Shown in pieces: positions 52,440 to 61,486 of a stretch of 64,000 bases of DNA (within the stretch, counting starts at the first letter, position 1; each line of letters opens with the position of its first letter). The stretch is taken from NCBI GenBank assembly GCA_000965745.1, contig CP009479.1:1568001-1632000 (forward strand), given 5' to 3'. The position numbers were made by a program, and so were the translations under genes. Origin of the DNA: an uncultured archaeon (GTDB taxonomy: Archaea; Thermoplasmatota; Thermoplasmata; Thermoplasmatales; Thermoplasmataceae). The notes below the pieces were generated by a model. The model did not search any database. It saw only the letters and a program-made list of their open reading frames with translations, and had not been told where the DNA came from.

Positions 52440-55055
52440 ATGTTCAAGAACAACATTATTGTAATTTTGGTAGTATTTTTAGTAATAGCCAGTTCCCTTA
52501 CGCTCCTGTTCACTTCGGGGAATAGCCAGGCTAAAAATTTCCAGAGTGAGCCGCTCATGACACCCTCTGTATCGTGGAGCGGGAACCTTATAATCTATGC
52601 TGATGGAACCGTAAACCTCCTCTCCGCCCCTATAGTCAAGAGTGGGGATTATTATAACCTTACAGGTGACATAAACGGGAGCATATCGATTCAAAGGCAA
52701 GGGGCCATATTCAACGGCCAGGGCTTCAACGTGACGAATTACCAGTCAACTTCTCCTGTTCAGCTTAGTGAAGCGGATTACATCACTGTCGAGAACACCA
52801 ATGTTACAACTATGTGGGCTTCTGGAATTGACCTGTACCAGTCAAGCCATGACACAATTTTCAACAATACCGTAACCGGAATGTCTGCGGGAATATTCGT
52901 GTATGCCCCGTATGACGGCATATACAATAACACGGTGAACATGGTGCTGACTGATCCTTACTTTAGCGGAATTCCAACCGGTATAGTCACCCATTCGAGC
53001 TACACAACAATAACCGGAAATAGCATCTACATCCCGTCCTCTTCGGATGGTGTAGTGTCAGATGCCCAGCACGGCCTCATTTCAAGCAATATCATCAACA
53101 TCTCAGGCGAAAATTCGAGAGCAATATTTCTGTCAAACGGATACAATATTGTAGAAAACAACAGCATCATCGCCACGGGAATCTCATCATACGGTGCATA
53201 TTTTTCACCCACCTCCCAGTTCAACACAGTCCAGCACAACCTGGTAAATGTAAACGGTAACAGGTCATATGCAATTTCCTCTGCAGACGGGTTTAACAAT
53301 ATCTCATTCAACACGATCTCAGTAAACGGATACTGGTCGTACGGAATTGGCATCGCATCATCCGGAACAGGTTCATCCTACGTTTTCAGCAATGACCTGT
53401 CAGTATCCGGCTCCAACTCTATCGGAGTATACAGCAATAGCTATAATGCATCAATCCGGTCAAACACAATAACTGTGAGTGGAAACTCAACATACGGAAT
53501 CGGCAGTTACGCCCTCGGAAACATTATGGACAACACAGTGACTGTCAGCGGTACACGTGTGTACGGATTGTATTCCTCACAGAATGACAGGCAGATCTCA
53601 GGCAACATCGTAACGGTGAATGGAAACTCTTCATTCGGGCTTTATCTGGAAGGGAGCAACTACCTGACAGTGAAAGAAAACTCAGTAACGATGAATGGAA
53701 ATCACGTCAATGCCACATGGCTTGCAGGGACTTACACTACACTAGTGGGCAACACCATCAACGCAGGAAAAAACAATGGGACCGCCCTTTACATGCAGAG
53801 GTTCTCCGACAACAACAACTTCTTCAACAACTCATTCTTAAACAGTTCAGTTGGTTTCCAGAACATCATATCCAAGGGAAATACCTTCACAGGCAACAGC
53901 CTGGTGAATGACACCCTCGTGTTCAGGATAACGGGCCAGTCATCCAATCTCTACTACCACAACAATTTCATCAACTACTCAAGCTACAGCATTGCTCCGA
54001 ACTCTGTCTCAATATGGGACAACGGCTATCCATCCGGGGGCAACTACTGGTCAGGCTATGGGGGTATTGACTTCTATTCTGGCCCAGGCCAGAACATTAC
54101 AGGGCCTGATGGAATCGGCGACACTCAGTTTAACCTGACCGGAAGCAACGTAGACTACTATCCTCTGATGAAACCGTGGACGCACCCAAAGGCCATATTC
54201 ACGGAGACGGGGCTTGAACCAGGAACAACGTGGTCCGTGACATTCAGCGGGACTGTTCTATCATCTACAGGTGACACTGTGTCCTACGAGATAATGAACG
54301 CAACCAATGCATCCTATGATTATGCTGTTTCCGATATATCCGGGTATACCATCTCATTGAATGCATCCGGAACTGTCATATTCAACGGGTCGACAATAAC
54401 TGTAGAGGTTACATTCGCAAAAGTGATTCCACCACCTCCGCCCCCGCCTCCTCCTCCTGAAACTTACTCTGTCAAGTTTATTGAAAACGGCCTCCCCGAT
54501 GGAACCACATGGAGCATTACCCTGAACGGGACAACCAAGACATTCACGACATCCACAATTCCGTACGATATGGCAAACGGATCTTACAGCTACAGCACAG
54601 GGATCGTGCAGGGATACTCCCCGGCGGCTGGAACAGGCACCGTAACAGTGGATGGAACCGGTGTCACGGTCAACATACAGTTTTCCGTGGTCACTTACAG
54701 TGTCATCTTCACCAACGTGGGGCTACCTTCCGGAATGAAATGGTACGTGAATCTCAGCAGCGGCCAGTCATTCTCCTCAACAACAAGCTCAATATCCATG
54801 GACCTGGCGAACGGAACGTATTCTTACTCGGTTGACAAAGTAGGCAATTACAACCTGACTCCGGAATCAGGCAACCTGACTGTTGCTGGTGCATCCCCAT
54901 CTCCCGTGACAATCACGTTCAGCGAAAACACAACCGTACCGCCTCCTCTTGAGCAGCCCGGTGGATTATCTTTCTGGATTTACATCATAATTGGAATCGT
55001 TGCAGGAGCAGCGGCAGTTGGAATCACACTCTCAATATACTACAGGAGAAAGTAG
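52440..55055 (+). CDS. Surface glycoprotein: beta-helix (NosD-like) plus three thermopsin-type C-terminal repeats and TM anchor
   Basis: N.I...GI repeats, GGNYW, F.E.GLP.GT.W repeats, Pro10 linker at 54429-54458. Confidence 0.85.
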   Translation: MFKNNIIVILVVFLVIASSLTLLFTSGNSQAKNFQSEPLMTPSVSWSGNLIIYADGTVNLLSAPIVKSGDYYNLTGDINGSISIQRQGAIFNGQGFNVTNYQSTSPVQLSEADYITVENTNVTTMWASGIDLYQSSHDTIFNNTVTGMSAGIFVYAPYDGIYNNTVNMVLTDPYFSGIPTGIVTHSSYTTITGNSIYIPSSSDGVVSDAQHGLISSNIINISGENSRAIFLSNGYNIVENNSIIATGISSYGAYFSPTSQFNTVQHNLVNVNGNRSYAISSADGFNNISFNTISVNGYWSYGIGIASSGTGSSYVFSNDLSVSGSNSIGVYSNSYNASIRSNTITVSGNSTYGIGSYALGNIMDNTVTVSGTRVYGLYSSQNDRQISGNIVTVNGNSSFGLYLEGSNYLTVKENSVTMNGNHVNATWLAGTYTTLVGNTINAGKNNGTALYMQRFSDNNNFFNNSFLNSSVGFQNIISKGNTFTGNSLVNDTLVFRITGQSSNLYYHNNFINYSSYSIAPNSVSIWDNGYPSGGNYWSGYGGIDFYSGPGQNITGPDGIGDTQFNLTGSNVDYYPLMKPWTHPKAIFTETGLEPGTTWSVTFSGTVLSSTGDTVSYEIMNATNASYDYAVSDISGYTISLNASGTVIFNGSTITVEVTFAKVIPPPPPPPPPPETYSVKFIENGLPDGTTWSITLNGTTKTFTTSTIPYDMANGSYSYSTGIVQGYSPAAGTGTVTVDGTGVTVNIQFSVVTYSVIFTNVGLPSGMKWYVNLSSGQSFSSTTSSISMDLANGTYSYSVDKVGNYNLTPESGNLTVAGASPSPVTITFSENTTVPPPLEQPGGLSFWIYIIIGIVAGAAAVGITLSIYYRRK

Positions 55056-55133
55056 GTGTAAGATGAAAAGTAAACCAAAGAGGGAAAAAGAAAAGGAAGA
55101 CTATCGGCTGGCAACAACCATATTCTCTTTGGC

Positions 55134-56447
55134 TTAGAAGCCCGGCTCTTTGAGGTGCCAGTCTGTAAGCTTCTGGTACTCAATTCCAAGAGACACAGTT
55201 CGGGCATCGCAATTCCTCAACGAGACAACCTGGAGGCCAACAGGCAGACCCGCAGAGAATCCGCAAGGCAGCGACAGCGCAGGCATTCCAAGGTAATTGA
55301 ACTCCGCCTGGAACATGGCATATTCCGCATGGGCCGCCAGATCCATTTCATCGAACTCCTTGACTCTGGGGGCAGTTCTGGGAAGTGTTGGGGAAAGAAG
55401 TATGTCCAGTCCTTTCATCTGCCCTTTCATCCTTTCATAAAGGACATCACGCTTCCTGAGTGCCTGGATGTAATCGACTGCCTTTCGACTGAGACCCGCC
55501 TCAATCTGCTCTATGGACGTGCCCATATACATGCTTGGGTCCGATGCATACATATCCCGGTGAACAGTTGCAATCTCAGCCGTATCAATTATCTCGTGCA
55601 ATCTTGCAGATTCCTCCAGCGCATCAGACTTGAAATCCACCGTTTCGACAATCCCCTCGGATTCGAGTGCGTCTATGGAAGAGTACACCACTTTTCGCAC
55701 CTGTGGATCGGTCTCATCAAGATAGTCACTGATTATGCCCGCTTTCATGGGTACCCTCGGGGGAGGCACATCCATTGGACTGCCCATGGCTTCCATAACA
55801 AGGGGTATATCTTCGGCATACCTCACCATCGGGCCAACATGATCAAGGGACCATGACTCGGGAAACACTCCGACCACTGGAACGGAGCCATAGGTAGGTT
55901 TAAGGCCGGTAACCCCGCACATCGCAGCTGGAATTCTGATGGAGCCGCCAGTGTCTGAGCCAAGCGCAAAAACTGCCATTCCTGCTGCAAGTGCAGCTGC
56001 TGATCCTCCGCTTGAGCCACCGGGAATTCTATTTGCATCATACGGGTTTACAGTGGGAGGGCTTTCCATTCCGAGCGCGAACTCATGCGTGTTGGTTTTC
56101 CCAAGAATGTAGGCGCCTGCCTTGACAAGCCTGTTAACAACTTCCGCACTTGTTTCTGGAATGTTGGATGAAAATCTGCTGTTGCCATAGGTGGTCCGTA
56201 TTCCCTTTGTATCTATCAGATCCTTGGCTGAGACCGGTATGCCGTGCAACGGGCCCGAAAATTTGCTCTCCCTTGCAAGAGAAGATAATCTCTCCGCGTC
56301 CTCCCCGGCATTCCGGCTCAGCGTTGTATAGCTTTTTATTGCCCCGTCAAGCTTATCAATATTCGAAACCAGGGCCTCGTAAAATTCACTTGGGATGAGG
56401 TCTCCGCTTTTTATTTCTGCTGCTGCCTGTTTAACACTCTTGATCAT
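55134..56447 (-). CDS. Amidase-signature family amidase
   Basis: KDLI, GKTNTHEF, GGSSGGSAAA, GSDTGGSIR. Confidence 0.93.
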   Translation of the reverse strand: MIKSVKQAAAEIKSGDLIPSEFYEALVSNIDKLDGAIKSYTTLSRNAGEDAERLSSLARESKFSGPLHGIPVSAKDLIDTKGIRTTYGNSRFSSNIPETSAEVVNRLVKAGAYILGKTNTHEFALGMESPPTVNPYDANRIPGGSSGGSAAALAAGMAVFALGSDTGGSIRIPAAMCGVTGLKPTYGSVPVVGVFPESWSLDHVGPMVRYAEDIPLVMEAMGSPMDVPPPRVPMKAGIISDYLDETDPQVRKVVYSSIDALESEGIVETVDFKSDALEESARLHEIIDTAEIATVHRDMYASDPSMYMGTSIEQIEAGLSRKAVDYIQALRKRDVLYERMKGQMKGLDILLSPTLPRTAPRVKEFDEMDLAAHAEYAMFQAEFNYLGMPALSLPCGFSAGLPVGLQVVSLRNCDARTVSLGIEYQKLTDWHLKEPGF

Positions 56448-56621
56448 CGGGTTCAGTAATAGGAAACAAAACAATGTTCTTTTATTCTTTCAACACCACC
56501 GGTTCTTGTACTGTTGTGTCGAATAACGGCAATTAAACGAGAACCGGGCCTTGCAATAACAGGATCTGTCTATTTTCTACATGACCGCTAATGAAGTTTT
56601 TTATACATTCCGAACATCATA

Positions 56622-56641
56622 AATTTAGGTAAGCCTAAATT
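56622..56641. promoter_or_regulatory. DtxR/MntR/IdeR-type operator
   Basis: AATTTAGG-TAAG-CCTAAATT palindrome ~15 nt downstream of a TATA-like box, upstream of the ZIP gene. Confidence 0.7.
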
Positions 56642-56673
56642 ACATTGGGCTAACCTCGGGAAAAACTGATAGA

Positions 56674-57495
56674 ATGCTGAATTACACTGCACTCCTGGTA
56701 CTAGGGGCCATTGCCGGATTTACGATATACTTTGGTCTGGCTTTCTCCAAGGTCAGTGTTATGAAAGCCCAGTCCAGGCTTATGATGAGTGCAGTAGCAG
56801 CAGGGATCCTCACTTTTTTGATATTTGATGTCCTGCAGGGATCATGGTCAGTTGTTGAAGACTCTTTCATCACCTCAATTTCAGCAGGGACTTCACTTAA
56901 TAATCCAATACTTTATCTCGCAGTCTTCATGATAGGGCTTTCCCTTGGAAGCATCGGCCTTTCCGCATACGAAAGGGTGTTCATAGCCTCAATGGCCAGG
57001 AAATCCTCCAAACACGATGAAAACACCATTCTAGGCAACAGCTCTTACAGGCTTGCACTGATGATCGCCATAGGCATAGGTGCTCACAACTTCGGAGAAG
57101 GGCTCGCCATTGGCCAGTCATACTCATCGGGGGCCATCGCCCTGGCACTCGTTCTGGTTATTGGATTTGGTCTTCACAACTCCACTGAGGGGTTTGGGAT
57201 ATGCGGGCCGCTTGTCCGTGAATCAGGCACTCCACGCACAAGCTTCCTGATACTTGCAGGACTGATTGGTGGAGGGCCCACTTTTCTTGGGACGGTTATA
57301 GGATCTTTCTGGGTTTCAGAAATAGCCAAGGTGCTGTTTCTTTCCTTTGCAGCCGGTGCCCTGATATACGTGACATTCACCATGTACAGGTCAATAGCCT
57401 CACAGATGTCCGGCAACAGGATATTTGTCGGTCTGTTTATTGGCGTGGCACTGGGATTCCTTACAGATCTTGTTGTTACTATTGGCGGGGTTTGA
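56674..57495 (+). CDS. ZIP-family metal transporter
   Basis: HNFGEG and HNSTEG motifs. Confidence 0.92.
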   Translation: MLNYTALLVLGAIAGFTIYFGLAFSKVSVMKAQSRLMMSAVAAGILTFLIFDVLQGSWSVVEDSFITSISAGTSLNNPILYLAVFMIGLSLGSIGLSAYERVFIASMARKSSKHDENTILGNSSYRLALMIAIGIGAHNFGEGLAIGQSYSSGAIALALVLVIGFGLHNSTEGFGICGPLVRESGTPRTSFLILAGLIGGGPTFLGTVIGSFWVSEIAKVLFLSFAAGALIYVTFTMYRSIASQMSGNRIFVGLFIGVALGFLTDLVVTIGGV

Positions 57496-57550
57496 TCCTG
57501 CCGGGCCTTAACTAAACCGTTTAGTTGTAGGAACCAATAGAGTCATCGTT

Positions 57551-58318
57551 ATGGAAAGCACCCTTGAAGATCAGCTTAAGAATTTTTTCCAGCTCATAAA
57601 GGAAGGCAGGACGGAAGAGATTTACAGCATACTGTCGGAGAATCCCGTGATTGACTCCCCTGTGGCCGGGAGATTCGAGGGAAACGATTCTGTTAATGAG
57701 TACCTCCTGCAGAAGAAGAAGTGGCTCGATGATTATAACGCAACAGTCGATCCATTCTCAACCATAGTAACAAACGAAGCAATAGTGGTTGAATATAACT
57801 TCTTCATCTCAGTGGAAGGAAAAACTAAGGACCTCCCGGTCGCAATTGTGGGCATGATCGAAAGGGATTCTGTGAAGGAGATCAGGATCTATTACAGTAC
57901 CTGGCCACTTTATGGAAAGCACTCGGGACGCAGGCCAATTCTCGAAGAGAATCCAGGGCTGTTTATGCCTGATATTGTGAGAGATTACATGAACGCAATA
58001 TCTGGAACGGACGCCGAGGCTGTTGTCAAACTCTTCACGGAATCGGGTTACATTCGGGAGCCCAGCGGATCTGAGTTCACCCATATAGGCGAGAAAGGCC
58101 TGCGTGGATTTTACAGCTCCGCGATTTCAGGAGGCGGAATCCCGCTCAAGCACTGCACCTGCTTCACCGATGGCACAAGGACTGCTGTGGAATACAACTT
58201 TAGTGAATGGAACGGTGTGAAATTTCCGCCAGAAGCTGGAATTGCTGTGTACGTGACCGGAAATGAAGGCAGGTTGCTCGCAGCAAGGATATATGACGAC
58301 GCTGATCCATCGCGGTAG
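57551..58318 (+). CDS. Tandem SnoaL/NTF2-like protein
   Basis: Two repeated domains ending in IRIYY and ARIYDD. Confidence 0.75.
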   Translation: MESTLEDQLKNFFQLIKEGRTEEIYSILSENPVIDSPVAGRFEGNDSVNEYLLQKKKWLDDYNATVDPFSTIVTNEAIVVEYNFFISVEGKTKDLPVAIVGMIERDSVKEIRIYYSTWPLYGKHSGRRPILEENPGLFMPDIVRDYMNAISGTDAEAVVKLFTESGYIREPSGSEFTHIGEKGLRGFYSSAISGGGIPLKHCTCFTDGTRTAVEYNFSEWNGVKFPPEAGIAVYVTGNEGRLLAARIYDDADPSR

Positions 58319-58447
58319 GGACATTCGCACAAAGTGCGAAATAAACGGCCATTGCCCTATATCTAGTATTATACGTGCCGGGTGGCCTGTGATATCCTGG
58401 CTGTTCCAACACAATTATATATCGATTATCAGCTATTCTTTCCTATC

Positions 58448-59284
58448 ATGGCGTTTACTGGCCTGAAAGCCGGCTGGAGTCTGGCTAAGTCTGTAAGGGC
58501 TCTTGTATCTGGGGACAGGAGTCTGCTAATTTATCCAGTCATATCCGGCATAATAGGTGTGGTTCTCTTTGGGTTAACCTTCCTTGGATCCCTTTTCATA
58601 CCGATTGATTTCCCTGTTCACTGGAAGATCATCGTCGGCGTGGCTATCTCTTACGTTGTTACAGGATTTGTTTCCACTTATTTTCTTGTCGCGATGCTGA
58701 TATCGTTCAAGTCTTACGAAGCAGGGGACAGGATCGGCATGGGTGAAGCACTTGCCAGGACACGCCCTTATACGGTTAGAATTCTCGAATGGGCAATCTT
58801 CTACACAATACTCGTAATGATCCTGAGGGCCATAGAATCCAGGTTTCGTGGCATATCTCAAATCGTTGTGGCAGGTGTTGGCTCCCTCGGAATAACTATC
58901 GCAACTTTCTTCGCCGTTCCTGCCATTCTCGAGAAGAAAGTCGGCCCTATTGATGCTGTGAAGGAAAGCCTGGGCACCATAAGGAGAACTGTGGGTCCTG
59001 TTTTCGGTGGAGTAGTGTATATTGACCTCTACACCCTCATATTCACACTGGGAGGTATGCTCCTGGCACTCGCCGGCGGAATATTCATGCCAAACCTTGT
59101 TCTGAAGGTGATCCTGATAGGGACCGGCGTCGCAATAATGGTCCTGGGGATGGTCCTCAATTTTACATACTTCAACATCCTGAAGCTGCTTCTTTATGAC
59201 TATTTCAACGGTGAGAAACTTCCTGAAGGTATTGATGAAACCCTGGTCCAGCAGGCAATAAAAAGAAGGGGAAATTTGCTCTAA
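58448..59284 (+). CDS. DUF6159-like membrane protein
   Basis: GW.LAK.S, FFAVPAI.E..GP.DA.K.S pattern. Confidence 0.7.
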   Translation: MAFTGLKAGWSLAKSVRALVSGDRSLLIYPVISGIIGVVLFGLTFLGSLFIPIDFPVHWKIIVGVAISYVVTGFVSTYFLVAMLISFKSYEAGDRIGMGEALARTRPYTVRILEWAIFYTILVMILRAIESRFRGISQIVVAGVGSLGITIATFFAVPAILEKKVGPIDAVKESLGTIRRTVGPVFGGVVYIDLYTLIFTLGGMLLALAGGIFMPNLVLKVILIGTGVAIMVLGMVLNFTYFNILKLLLYDYFNGEKLPEGIDETLVQQAIKRRGNLL

Positions 59285-59334
59285 TCTGAAAACAGGGCGC
59301 CATCCGTTTCAATCACTTCCAGGCCCGATTGCCA

Positions 59335-59889
59335 CTACTCCAGCAGCCCTATGAGTTCGTCAGCTTCCTGGCGCGTCAGTTCCTTCATGTCCTTGCTAAG
59401 GGTCTGGTTAAGGAAGCGATCTGTAACTGCCCTCCTTTCCTCAGTATTCTGAAGCTCGTTCAGCACTTCGATCTGGTCTATGGTCATGGGGGCATCCAGC
59501 TTTTCCCCCTCGCTCGGGGGCCTCATTGACTTCAGGACAGCTATGAGTTCAGATGCCTCGCTGGAGGAAAGAGAATTTATGGATCTCTTATCCCTCACCT
59601 TAAGGAAGTAGTTCGTATAGTCCCTTCTCTGGGGAGTGTCCTGCAGCTGGTCAATAAAGATCAGTTGTTTTGGTGTCAGATATCTGTCGATCAGAACCTT
59701 TGCTGAAACTCTCTTCAATTCATCTATCAATTGCGACGCCTCCTTCATCGAGAGCCCCTCAATTTCCTCTTTCCCGGTTTTCAGAAGGTACTCACTCACA
59801 TGATCCTTTGCTGCCAGTGACTCTTTCGCAAGCGTGGATATAATGTCGATCTGCCCGTCTGTTGGCGCCATTCTTTTTACCATAACCAT
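59335..59889 (-). CDS. Protein of three tandem ~55-aa T..Q...I..L...L(S/T)..EA.ELI..L modules
   Basis: Internal triplication visible in the translation. Confidence 0.75.
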   Translation of the reverse strand: MVMVKRMAPTDGQIDIISTLAKESLAAKDHVSEYLLKTGKEEIEGLSMKEASQLIDELKRVSAKVLIDRYLTPKQLIFIDQLQDTPQRRDYTNYFLKVRDKRSINSLSSSEASELIAVLKSMRPPSEGEKLDAPMTIDQIEVLNELQNTEERRAVTDRFLNQTLSKDMKELTRQEADELIGLLE

Positions 59890-60073
59890 CTAAACCCCCC
59901 CTTTGGCACATATTGTGGCAGGCATCACACTTGACGATCAGAACATGAATATCCCGATCCTTCCGCATGGACTGCTGCCATGTTAATCATGGATATGCAA
60001 CTATTCTACCTTTACCGCTCAATAAGTAGGTATGGGGTGAGGGTGGCCTGATCTTAACAGGAACGCGCAAGTA

Positions 60074-60122
60074 TTTTATACAGTCAGTTAATCGGCAGGG
60101 AGTGTCATGGTTTGCCATGACA
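60074..60122 (+). promoter_or_regulatory. leu operon promoter: TATA-like TTTTATA and palindrome TGTCATGG-TTTG-CCATGACA
   Basis: TATA at 60074-60080; perfect 8-bp inverted repeat at 60103-60122 at the expected start site. Confidence 0.55.
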
Positions 60123-60147
60123 GATTAGCCATCGGGTGAAGGAAGAA

Positions 60148-60216
60148 ATGTTGACCTTGGTATTGCATGAAGTACTTTTGTTGAACGAGTCAACGCTCTC
60201 ACCCGTGGTTCTGTAA
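60148..60216 (+). CDS. Leucine-rich leader peptide MLTLVLHEVLLLNESTLSPVVL
   Basis: 8 Leu and 4 Val in 22 codons; GGGTGA SD at 60134-60139; ends 21 nt before the leuA GTG. Confidence 0.7.
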   Translation: MLTLVLHEVLLLNESTLSPVVL

Positions 60217-60237
60217 AGAGAATTTTTGGGTGATAGT

Positions 60238-61473
60238 GTGTTTTCTGAAAGTGATAGTGTAAACTATGTTTTATCGAAGGGGCCGGTTCAGAACGTATTC
60301 CGTACGGGTGAATTCCACGACTGGGGGATGGACCTTAAGGATGTGGCAGGGAGGATCAAAATTCTTGACACGACCCTGAGGGATGGCGAGCAGTCTCCCG
60401 GGGTTTCAATATCCGTTCATGAGAAGATCAGAATCGCCAGCCTTCTTGAAAGTGCAGGGGTAGACGTTATAGAAGCAGGCTTTCCCATTGCGTCGGATGC
60501 TGAGAAACATGCAGTTTCCCAGATAAACTCGGTCATCAGCAAATCCGAGGTGTGCGGTCTTGCTAGATGCACAGGGAAAGATATTGAGGCTGTAATGGGA
60601 ACAGGTGTGAAGAGGGTGCATCTTTTCATCGCCACTTCTGACATTCACATGAGGCATAAGCTGAAGATGGACAGAAGCCAGGTTATTGAAAGCATATCAA
60701 AGTCTGTTGACTCTGTTGCATCCAGGGGCGTAAAAGTGGAATTTTCCTGCGAAGACGCAACAAGATCAAATATGGATTTTCTCAAGGAAGCTTTCAAGAC
60801 GGCAAGGGACAGTGGTGCATCAGTCCTCAATATACCAGACACCGTTGGGGCCCTCTCTCCAACGGCCATGATGCATATCGTGAAAGAAATAAGGGGCGCG
60901 ACTTCCACGGAGATAAGCGTCCATTGCCACAATGACTTTGGACTTGCAACCGCAAACACCCTCTTCGGCATAATGGGCGGTGCAACACAGGCTCACGTAA
61001 CCGTAAACGGCATCGGAGAAAGAGCTGGAAACGCATCACTGGAAGAGGTAGTCGTGGGAATCGAGTCATTCCTGTCATCAGGCACCGGCATGAGCAAGGA
61101 GAAGCTCTGGGAACTCTCGAAGGAAGTTTCATCCGTAACGGGCATGGCAGTTCAGCAGAACAAGGCAATTGTAGGTGAGAACGCGTATGCCCACGAGGCC
61201 GGAATACACGTTCATGGGATTGTGAACGAGGTGTCCACCTATGAGCCCATAGATCCTGCGGTGGTTGGAACCGAACGCAGGATAGTTGTTGGGAAGCATT
61301 CCGGGGTAAACTCGATCCGTTGGATTATGGAACGCAATGGAATAGAAGCTGACCTGGAGACTGCCAGGGAAATTCTCCGGGAAGTGAAAAAGATCCGTGA
61401 AGGTGGAACAAGAGTGGACGAGGAAAAAGTTGTCGAAATGTTCCAGGAATACACTAAGATAGGAGGAAACTGA
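60238..61473 (+). CDS. leuA: 2-isopropylmalate synthase (short form, no regulatory domain)
   Basis: DTTLRDGEQ, HCHND.G, GIGERAGN, HEAGIH, GKHSG; GGGTGA-4nt-GTG start. Confidence 0.85.
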   Translation: MFSESDSVNYVLSKGPVQNVFRTGEFHDWGMDLKDVAGRIKILDTTLRDGEQSPGVSISVHEKIRIASLLESAGVDVIEAGFPIASDAEKHAVSQINSVISKSEVCGLARCTGKDIEAVMGTGVKRVHLFIATSDIHMRHKLKMDRSQVIESISKSVDSVASRGVKVEFSCEDATRSNMDFLKEAFKTARDSGASVLNIPDTVGALSPTAMMHIVKEIRGATSTEISVHCHNDFGLATANTLFGIMGGATQAHVTVNGIGERAGNASLEEVVVGIESFLSSGTGMSKEKLWELSKEVSSVTGMAVQQNKAIVGENAYAHEAGIHVHGIVNEVSTYEPIDPAVVGTERRIVVGKHSGVNSIRWIMERNGIEADLETAREILREVKKIREGGTRVDEEKVVEMFQEYTKIGGN

Positions 61474-61486
61474 AATGGGTGATCGT

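Noticed and set aside
54429-54458. Pro10 tract as a phase-variable repeat
   Set aside because: Mixed codons; an ordinary linker in a surface protein
55155-55856. 233-aa plus-strand ORF
   Set aside because: Antisense to the amidase, with non-protein-like composition
60107-60139. Upstream mini-ORF MVCHDRLAIG as the regulatory leader
   Set aside because: No amino-acid bias and its ATG lies in a hairpin; a coupling role cannot be excluded
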